Origin: Felis catus
Lineage: Eukaryota
DNA: 64,000 bases
Direction: 5' to 3'
Assembly: GCF_018350175.1 (NCBI RefSeq)
Contig: NC_058368.1
Span: 42,286,001 to 42,350,000, forward strand
The notes under the pieces are model-generated. The model was not told the DNA's origin and searched no databases. It worked only from the letters and a program-made list of their open reading frames with translations. Numbering within the stretch: position 1 is the stretch's first letter; each line of letters opens with the position of its first letter. This document shows, piece after piece, positions 54,027-64,000 of this stretch. Both the position numbers and the translations under genes were made by a program.

Positions 54027-54688
54027 AGTACATACTTTAAAGTAAGAGTGTGTGTGGGTTAATATAGTTTTAAATAACAGATTCACATCCTTAAATAAAA
54101 ATTCAGGAAATATTCAAATGATATTTTTTAAAAGAAATGATAAAAAAATCTGTTTGAATATAGTATTCTTCATATAACACGGGGCACACATAACAGCTGG
54201 CACATAGAGCTTCTCAAAGTCTTAAATGAATACTGGGGAAGGTGCCTTGAAATACATATGATTTTAAAATTTTAAAAACTAAAAATCACATCCTACATCA
54301 CTCTGTTCTATAAGGGTATTTAATAATTATAAACTAAAACAAAGGCATTATTTTAAGAAGAAAGAAATTCTCATATATTCGGCCAACTGTAAGCTATCCA
54401 TACAAAAACAGCAATTAAGAAATTAAATAAGAGAAAATATTCTTTTGGCCTAAGACTTTTGCATCCCAGTCAATATAAATAGAAATCAACAGACTTTCTG
54501 AAGTGCTTAAGACTTTATGTCAAAAGTTTTCCATGGCTTCTGAACCCATTTAATTCATGGAGAATGTTTATATCCTTCCCTGAGTGACTCAGTATTCTGA
54601 AACAACATCTAAAATATCAGAATACTTCTTAGGGAATGATTTTGACACCAAAAAGCACAAAGCAAAAAGTCCTAGAAAACTACCTAAC

Positions 54689-54692
<4 letters not shown>

Positions 54693-54726
<34 letters not shown>
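54693..54726. repeat. (TG)n microsatellite
   Basis: Direct reading. Confidence 0.96.
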
Positions 54727-54729
<3 letters not shown>

Positions 54730-55469
54730 TGACTTAAAGTCAATAAAGATCAGTCCTTACACTTTTGTAACTGAACTGAAATCAAAACACCTCTGATGAT
54801 CTCATGTTCACTTAAAAAAAATATTTAATTGAAAACTGAACTTTTGGTCATCAGCTAATATTAGGTGTCAATGTTCTATAAACATCTTACAGAAGCAATT
54901 TAAAAGAAAATAATAACAAAAGAATGGTTTTAATTTTAAAAAATGACTTATAATTAAATATTTCTAAGCAATACCACATCATGGGACCCTGCATGAATCA
55001 GAGTTCTTTGTTGGCTATCATCAAAGTTATACATCTAGATTTATCTTATCTACTTACTTTCCTCCAGTAATTGTGAAAGTGTTATAAAGAATTTATAATA
55101 GGGATTCAATCACAACAAAGAATTGCAAAGGGCCACAGTGAGTTCATGGAAGGAGATGATCTATCGTTAATTAATATTTGCCCAAGAAATAATGAAGGTC
55201 ATTCTCACATTATTATTTACTTCCTTGGATTTTACATGACTTTTACATGATTAGATCAGAAGCTATAATATTCTAGCTATTGATATTACAATTATTACTT
55301 TAACAGAACTTATAATTGGGCAGTTAAGAAAACAAAACAACATTCATTACAATTTTAATGCAACATAGATAATGAAAAAAAATTTTTTTCCGAAGAAAAC
55401 AGTATCACTAATTCAACTCTTAATAATAATGTTCAATTAAGTGATAAAATTCTGAAAGTAATGTGGATT

Positions 55470-55660
55470 GGGTTGCCTGGGTGGCCCAGTCCATTAAGCC
55501 TCTAACTCTTGATTTCGGCTTAGGTCATGATCTCATGGTCTTGAGATTGAGCCCTGCTTTAAGCCTGCTTGAGATTCTTTCCCTTCCTCTCCCTCTGTCC
55601 CTCCCCTACTTGCACACACACTCTCTCAAAAAATAAGTTTAAAATTTTTTAAATAAATAA
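55470..55660 (+). mobile_element. CAN-SINE (older, internally shortened)
   Basis: gggttgcctgggtggcccagtccattaag head, CT tract, A tail. Confidence 0.88.
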
Positions 55661-56344
55661 TTCTGATTATTTTTTTAAATTATTAGAAAACCATACATGT
55701 TTATCCATGGCTGGCTTGGTTTCTGTGGAAGGTTAAACTAGACTATTAATTGGTAAAATAAGCAAAACATTACACAATCTGTTGGTTATGTCTAAAAAGT
55801 TGCAGCTGTAGAATATCTATTCATACACACACACACACATATATATGTAGGTATATGTATTTAAAACTTCTGTATATCTTCTAGTTGGTATTTCTTTAAT
55901 TGATTTGCACCAACATTAACATGACTGTAGTACAAAAACTTTACCATTTCTATTTTTCTTTAAACACCATACAAATTTAAAATAGAACTAAAAAAGAAAC
56001 ACTGTGATACATTTTAAAGCATGGGTTCAAATATTCTGGTTGGTGTACCATTTAAAGGATTTTATAAAAGCAAGCAAAGAGTTCATTGTTTATTAATGTA
56101 ACATGGGGATTGTATCCCTGAAATAAGGTCCACTAGACTTTGAGCACAATGATGGCAAAAAACAAGTCACTTTAACCTCAACATAGTTCCCAACAGACAC
56201 ATTGCCTGATGCTAAATAGTTAATAGGTGAACTGACAAAATAAATGGAAATGCTAAGAGAGTTCTCAAAGGGAGTAACCAAAGTTTATGTTCTTTGTAAA
56301 TTTTAAGAAATATTTAAATTAAATTAATATAATTTAAATGTTTA

Positions 56345-56561
56345 GGGGCGCTTGGGTGGCTCAGTCGGTTAAGCAGCAGACTTCAGCTCAGGTCATGATC
56401 TCGCGGTCCGTGAGTTTGAGCCCCGCGTCAGGCTCTGTGCTGACAGCTCAGAGCCTGAAGCCTATTTCAGATTCTGTGTCTCCCTCTCTCTGTCCCTCCC
56501 CGTTCATGCTCTGTCTCTCTCTGTCTCAAAAATAAATAAACGTTAAAAAAAATTAAAAGAA
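56345..56561 (+). mobile_element. SINEC_Fc-type SINE
   Basis: ggggcgcttgggtggctcagtcggttaag head; TSD aaatgttta. Confidence 0.96.
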
Positions 56562-57128
56562 AAATGTTTATCCAATGTAAGTCCACACAGCTTAAAACAT
56601 CAAATATTTTTGTTTGAATAGGTAGAAGTGAATCAACTAAGAAAAGCAGTATTAGATTTTTTTATGATGACTAAAAACTTTGATTATAAATTATAGACAT
56701 CTTTGATTTATAAAAATTGTAAGTCAAGTAATTACTTAATAATAAATTAGATAAAATTGATTCAATTGGAGAAAGGGCAATGAGAAAGATCTTCCATTAT
56801 TGAGTTTGGTAATGGACTCACCTAGAGTTCTAGTATTCTGAAGACATGTATCACTCTCCTGGATTCACATTAAAGTACAGTGGGGTCATAAGTACTTGTC
56901 TTTAAGTATTAGAGAAAATCTGCAAAACTGGATATGAATCAGAAGTTTCTCAAATGCTATAGATACCACCAAAGAAAATCTCACCAGCTATAAGTAGATA
57001 TCTTCTTTTATACATATCAATGGAAATTTATGGCAAAAATCAAACATTGGATTTTTGTGCTATGTATGAAAAGACTCAATTTAAAGAACACTAAAATGCC
57101 ATATGAATTCCTACCTTTCACTTTGGTT

Positions 57129-58531
57129 GTGTGTGTTTTTTTTTTAAGTTTTTACTTAAATTTCGGTTAGTTAACAGAGCATACTATTAAGTTTCAGGTG
57201 TACAATATAATGATTCAACAATTCTACACAACACCCAGTACTCATCACAAGTGCACTCCTTAATCCCTACCACCCATTTCACCCATCCCCCCAGCACCCT
57301 CCCTCTGGTAACCATCAGTTTGTTCTCTATAGGTAAGATCCTATTTCTTGGTTTGCCTCTCTCTCTTTTTTTCCCCCTTTGCTCCTTTGTTTTGTTTCTT
57401 AAATTCCATGTACCAATGAAATCATACAGTATTTTTCTTTATCTAACTAACTTATTTTGCTCAGCATAATACTCTCTAGCTCCATCCATGTCATTGCAAT
57501 TCACAAGATTTCATTCTTTTGTATGGCTGAGTAATATTCCATTGTATGGGTGGTATGTATACATACACACACACACACACAAACAACCACACAAACCACA
57601 TCTTCTTTATCCACTTATCAGTTGGTTGGGCTGCTTCCATAATCTGGCTATTATAGAAATGCTGCTATAAACATCAGGATGCATGTATCCCTTTGAATCA
57701 GTATTTTTTTATCCTTTGGGTAAATACCTAGTAGTGCAATTGCTGGACCATAGGGTAGTTCTATTTTCAACTTTGTGAGGAACCTCCAATCTGTTTTCCA
57801 AAGTGGCTGCACCAGTTTGCATTCCCACCAAGAGTGAAGAGGGTTCCCCTTTCTCCACATCCTTGCCGATGCCTGTTGTCTTTTGTGTTGTTGATTTTAG
57901 ACATTCTGACAGATGTGAGTGATATATCATTGCAGTTTTGATTTGCATTTCCCTGCTGATCAGTGATGGTGGGCATCTTTTCATGTGTCTGTTGGCCATC
58001 TGGATGTCTTGTTTGGAAAAATGTCTCTTCATGACTTCCGCCATGTTTAAATTATTTGGGTTATAGGTGTTGAGTTTTATAAGTTCTTTATATATTTGGA
58101 TACTAATCCTTTATAAGATATGTTATTTGCAAATATCTTCTCCCATTTTATATGTTGCCTTTTAGTTTTGTTCATTGTTTCCTTCACTCTGTAGAAGTTT
58201 TTTTTTTTTTTTTTTTATAGTCCAATAATTTATTTTTGCTTTTCTTTCCCTTGCCTCAGGAGACATATCTAGAAAGAAGTTGCTATGCCCGATGTCAAGG
58301 AGGTTACTACCTGTGTTAACTGCTAGGATTTTTATAGTTTCAGATCTATTTAGGTCTTTAATCCATATTGAATTTTTTAATATTGTGTAGGGTGTAAGAA
58401 AGTGGTTCAGATTCATTCTTTTGCATGTTGCTATCCAATTTTCCCAACACCATTTGTTGAAGAGATATTCTTTTTCCCATTGGATATTCTTTCCTGCTTT
58501 GTCGAAGATTAACTGACCATATACTTGGGGG
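57129..58531 (-). mobile_element. 5'-truncated carnivore L1 (ORF2 C-terminal region plus 3' UTR), frameshifted
   Basis: Fragments [52 protein letters not shown] are L1 ORF2; approximate TSD tttcacYttggtt (57116-57128 / 58532-58544). Confidence 0.96.
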
Positions 58532-61429
58532 TTTCACCTTGGTTTTTAAACACAATCTTGTATCTCCAGTATTTTACACTATTTGGTTTAATGTATTTTC
58601 ATAATTGAATATTTAGTAGATGGGTTTATCCAGGGAGTATCCAAGTAAGGTGTAAAAATCCATGGTAAGTGAATTAAATTGATAAAACTTTATCAATTTA
58701 TGACTGGCATCTGCCCTTTTTTTGTTTGTCCTCTTTTTTCCCCTAATAATGTGGAGATGATGGGGTAAAAATATTCAAATAATCTTACAAACACAATTGT
58801 TGGTCAAAGGTGACATAGATGAGGGCAGCATCTCCATGTGAAAACTCTAAATGTCCATTATTATTCTTCTGGGGAGTCAGTAAAAAGTACAATGTAATCA
58901 GTCAATACACAATGGACATATGGATTCATTTTATCAATCTAAAAGCAGAGGATCCTGTATGTTCCTGATCTTGTGCACAGTAATAATTTTGAATAAGGCA
59001 ACTTTTTTTTTTTGCTAACAGTTATAACAGGCTAAATATTATTTTAGAGAAAGTGTGTGTTCATGCTGTCTATTAAGTAACACATTAAAATTCTAGTGAT
59101 ATAAATATTGAAACTACTAGACATACTATAAATAGTTTACAGATATAATAATGAAAACAATAATATGTTATCTCTTTGGTTGATAATTTGTGAGTTTTGA
59201 CTTCATGAAATGAATGCATAGCATAAACTCAGTTGCTACTTATATTCAGAAAACCAATGGTAACATGGATGTCTCTATTGGCAATAGGGTAAGTAAGTTC
59301 TAAACAAACATGTAGTGAAATCTAATTCTGTAGCACTTCCTGGGGAACACAATACTACCGGATGCATTTAAAATTTAGGCTTAAATGGAATACTTCTCAG
59401 TGTGGTTATATATTTGGCTTCTTCTGAGACAAGATTAGGCATACAAGATAAAGACAGAAAGAATCTAATGATATTAGTAAACACCAAAACCAGAAGGTAA
59501 TTGGACTGTGATGATTGCACACTTATCATTGAGAGACAAATAAATTGTATCCATTTGACCTGGACCAAGTGTAATCCCTAGCTTTGGCTTAGGAGGTCAT
59601 TGTCAGATACTCTGTCAACTCTATGACCTAAAATGATTGCTCTAAGGCAATGTAGACCTACTGTGTGTCTTTATGGCTCAATCTGTTGGGATGGGATGCT
59701 TTCCTGGGAAAAATATTTTAAAAGTTTCTTCAGGATTCTAACAGATCTTCAATTAAGAAATCTTTCCTTTTAATCTTAAGTCCTTTCTTGGCAAAGTTTC
59801 TTTCCAGTTTCAGAATGACAGACAAAATGTGTATTCTAAAAATATTCCTTCAATTATCTGGAATAACATCTATATATAAACATTCTTTTGACTTAAAAGT
59901 GTATGCTCAAGGTTAATTAACCTCATAATTTTTTTGAGTGAGAAATCTGGGGCACTTGTAAAATCAAGGGCATTACAGAACTATACACCTTGCATCTGCC
60001 TAAATATCATCAAATAAAAATCTAAAACTATTAAATATGCAGATTTTTCATTTATTAGAAATAATGCACTAAATTAAAACAAGCAAATTTCTGCACATTT
60101 TGTAATTATAATGTCTCTTTTTAGAAATAAAAGAAAAATAAAGTATTTAAAATTCTTCAGACATTGTAAATGTCCTTATATACAGAAGGGAAATAAAATA
60201 TACACAATAAAATAAATTCAGTATGATGCCATGCAAAGCATAACATGAAAAACTCCAGCTTACCCCTTACTAGATATTCTTAATTTTAAATTCTCCTTTA
60301 ATCAATGTGCTGAAACTAGAAACTGGTATCATATAAAACCTTCTTTAATCATTCTAACCAATACAGCCTCTTATTGAATTACTATAGTAGCTTACTCTTT
60401 TAAAAAGCATATTCAAAATAATCTTGTGAAGTCAAAAAATAAATTGACCATCTCTACATCTGCTCTCATCTTCCCTCAGACATTTCCCTTCCCCCAGCCT
60501 TTCCCTTGATTTATCCAATTTCCATCTCTCCTCACCAGCATTTCTGTGCCACTTTTTCTCACCACTCCATATGCTTAGGAAGCCTTCCAGATTACATGCA
60601 TCAAGCTATTGCAGCCTCCTCCATATATCCCCAAAAAGCAACCTGCTCAAACATTCCAATCGTGACCTTTTACAAATCTCAATTTCTCCTATTTATATTG
60701 GATTGTTCTACTTCTTTTTTCTGTTCAGGGCCATCATACCTTAGATCAGAAATTTATTATTAATCGATTACAGAAGGTTTCATAACTTATTTATTGTAAT
60801 GCTTATGAATGAATGATTATTTGTAATCACAGCAACTCATTATACCCTAATAACATGGTGAAGGTGATAACACTATTACCGTATTAACAGAATAATCTCT
60901 GGTTATTTTTAATGTCAGCTGTATTTTCTATAGTAAAGAGGAGATAAAATATGTGAAAACATATATATTCTTACATAAAAATTAAGATATATTTCTTCAA
61001 AACATACAAATCAGTGTCAAATTATAAATTAAGGAGGGGAAGCCAGAAATGCAAGGTCAAAGAGTACTTTATACTTTTAAGAATTAAATTCAGGTCACCT
61101 AAATCCTTTTGAAAATGTTCTCATTACTAATTTATGCCATTAACAATGAAATAGCTAAACTGTATATGATATTTTAAAAATATTATTATATAGGCACATG
61201 GTACTTATTTCTTGACATAAGGATCAGGGAAATTAAGGAAGAAAAAATCTAATTCTTCTCCCATCTCTGCAACTCAACACATACAAAGTCTTGGGCAACT
61301 CCCTTATTGTAAGTTTTGGTTCTCTCATTTAGCAAACAGGGACAGTAATGATTACCTGTCTATTCCACTTGCTATTTAAGTTGTTTGAAGTATCAAATGA
61401 GATAACATAAAAACATTTATATAAAAATG

Positions 61430-62305
61430 AAATGAAAACAAAATACTACAAAACACCTATTAGAATGGCCAAAAGCTGGAACACTGACAACACCAAATGT
61501 TGGTGAGGATTTGGAGCAAGAGGAACTCAAATTCATTATTGATGAGAATGCAAAATGGTACAGCCATTTTGGAAGACAGTTTGGCAGTTTCTTATACAAA
61601 GCTGATCATGCTCTTACCATGCAATCCAGTAATAATGCTCCTTGGTATTTGCCTAAGGGACTTGAAAACTTACATCCACCCAAAACCCTGCACACAGATG
61701 TTTATGGCAGCTATACTTAAAGTTGCCAAAACTTGGAATCCACCAAAACATCCTTCAGTAAGAGAAGAGATAAACTGTGGTACTTCCAGAACCCAAATTA
61801 TTATTCAGTGCAAAAAAGAAATGAGCTATCAAGCCATGAAAAGACATGGAGGAAACTTAAATGCATATTAATATGTGAAAGAAACCCATCTAAAAAGGCT
61901 ACATACTGAATGATTCCAACTACCTGATATTTTGGAAAAGGCAAAATTATGGATACATTAAAAAGGGCAGCAGTTGCCAGGGGTTGAGTGTTGGGAGGGA
62001 TGAAAAGGAAGAGCACAGAGGATTTTTAGACCAGTGAAAAAACTCTGTATGATACTATAATAGTGGGTACATGTCATTACACATTTCTCTAAAGCTATAG
62101 AACTTACAAAACCAAGAGTAACCCTAATGTAAAAGATGGACTTTAGGTGACTATGATGTGTCGATGTCTATTCATCAACTATACTAAATGTACCACTCTG
62201 GTGAGGGATGTTGATTATGGGGGTGGCTATGCATGTGTGGGGACAGGGGTATATAGGAAATTTCTGTATCTTCCCCTCAATGTTAACTTAAAACTGCTCT
62301 AATTA
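61430..62305 (+). mobile_element. Old mammalian L1 (L1MC-like) 3' end
   Basis: ccaaatgttggtgaggatttggagcaa..aatggtacagccattttggaagacagtttggcag and the 3' UTR aaatgtaccactctggtgagggatgttgat. Confidence 0.88.
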
Positions 62306-63319
62306 TTTTTAATTCAAAGCATTCACCTGAATAAGAAACAAGTGATACAACACAGCAGAAATTCCATATATATATATTCTTAAATATTATATATATAGCT
62401 ATATATAGTTCATTTATATACATATATATACATATATACATACATGTTACATGTTAAGCATGTTACTATGGTGGTTACAATAATATATACTCAGGACTGT
62501 TAATAATAATGGTTTTCTTAGGAAAATATAATCATTCATTAGGAAATAACACAATATCTTTCTTAAAATATAAGTGAGAATAAACCCAATTTCATCTGAA
62601 AGCAGTAGAGAAATTCAAATATCCCTTAAATTCAGGCTTGCTCTAAATGTCTACGATTCTATGATTTTTAGATGATGGGTTTTTTTAAGCTGCCTTCATA
62701 GTAAGGTAAAAACTATTTACAATAATTTTAGTGCTCCACACCTTTCGCTGCAGAGTCGTGAGGGCAAGCCAGTATTCACAGATGCAGTGGTACATTCAAT
62801 GGGATGTTCAGAAATGAACTCCATGGTAATAAAATGAAAACCAGGATGTGAAAAATAGAAGAAAACTGGAAACATATTCGGTATAGATTTGTTAGTGACT
62901 CAGAATTGGGAAGCATCAGCAAACAAGATGCAATGGTATGAAGCCCAATGGATAAACTAAAAGTGACACATAGCCTGACCCCCAAATATATGAATAAATA
63001 AACATATCAAATACAAACTCCAATGTCTAACCTATGGAAAAATGTGAAAGAAAAGGAACAAGGCCAGAGGACTATCCCAAGGTAGCTCTTGATCTATTTG
63101 AAAAGGAAGGTTTAAGGATTCAAATATACTATACTTTCTCAAAGATGAGACCAATTCTAAGTTATGTTAGAGGAAAAGGATCACCTCAAATAGTAACATG
63201 AGTTTAAATCCTCATTACTCTAAAGAAAATAAATAACCCCTTCAGTTCTATGTATGTGTGCTTATTAATTGACAGGTGCTATTGTTTTTACTAATATCAA
63301 AATAATCCAGTTGTTTAAA

Positions 63320-63523
63320 GCAGCATTGGTCCAATATAGTTGCTACTAGCCACATGTGGCTATTTAAATTTAAGCTGAGAAAAGTTAAATAAAATTCAAC
63401 AATTAGTTCCTCAATTACACTAGTCACATTTAAAGTGCTCAAGAACCACATCCATCTATTGTATTGGTTAACACACATACAGAACATTTCTACCTCTGCA
63501 GAAAGTTCTTTGAACAGTACTGC
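63320..63523 (-). mobile_element. MER3-type hAT-Charlie DNA transposon
   Basis: ctactagccacatgtggctatttaaatttaa...ctagtcacatttaaagtgctcaa...gcagaaagttctttgaacagtactg. Confidence 0.8.
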
Positions 63524-64000
63524 TTTAAGGTAATACAGTTTTCTCACATATTCAAATGAATATTTCATAAGGGACACGGCTGTCTGAAATCACAGATAAG
63601 CCCAACATGTAACTATAATAATACTAATTACAACAGAAAAATAAAGAATACAAATATAAGGAAAATGCAACAGGTTTTCTTTTCAGAATAAATGCTATCT
63701 AAAGTCAGAAGTTAAATCAAACTAATTATTTTACCATCAAGGGTTTAATTTGTTCATTTTCTATTTTTATCATTTTTTATGTTTTTATTTTTATCTATTA
63801 AACTTTATTATAGGATTTCACATTTACAGGATAATTACAAATCATGACGGGGGGGGGGTATTAGGTGCTCCTTCATGGCACATACTGTACTTTAAAACTT
63901 GTGCCATTTACTAGTCTGTCTTTACCATCTTTGTAACCCTAGTACCTAGCACGCACACAGTACTTGTTTGTGGAATGAGGGAGACTCTCATCCAGTTCTA

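Noticed and set aside
57651..58555. Several ORFs with real-protein character
   Set aside because: Frameshifted L1 ORF2 remnants, not host genes or an active element
61417..62016. 124-aa and overlapping ORFs
   Set aside because: Decayed L1M 3' end

Overview
AT-rich mammalian genomic DNA from a feliform carnivore, probably a felid: it holds about 26 tRNA-derived CAN-SINEs of the SINEC_Fc type plus carnivore L1 3' ends. Most of the window is intronic or intergenic, with older MIR, L2, CR1/L3, MLT1, MER3, MER5, Tigger2 and L1M relics and many microsatellites. There is no prokaryotic-type system, CRISPR array, rRNA or true tRNA. Almost all ORFs in the supplied track are repeat-derived or chance. 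Reading splice signals on the minus strand gives a phase-consistent exon chain (6678-6362, 1694-1606, 103-47). It encodes at least 152 aa of a protein I do not recognise and runs off the left edge. A second, weaker minus-strand chain (28712-28653, 20898-20858, 8239-8149) would encode a 49-aa basic microprotein or an N-terminal extension of the first gene. Several exon-like segments lie on the plus strand, antisense to these. Other notable items are a three-unit SINE tandem made by nested insertion plus unequal crossover (12192-12911) and a CpG-retaining, ancient-looking element near 49.2-49.5 kb. All gene models rest on splice signals and reading frame alone, with no homology search.
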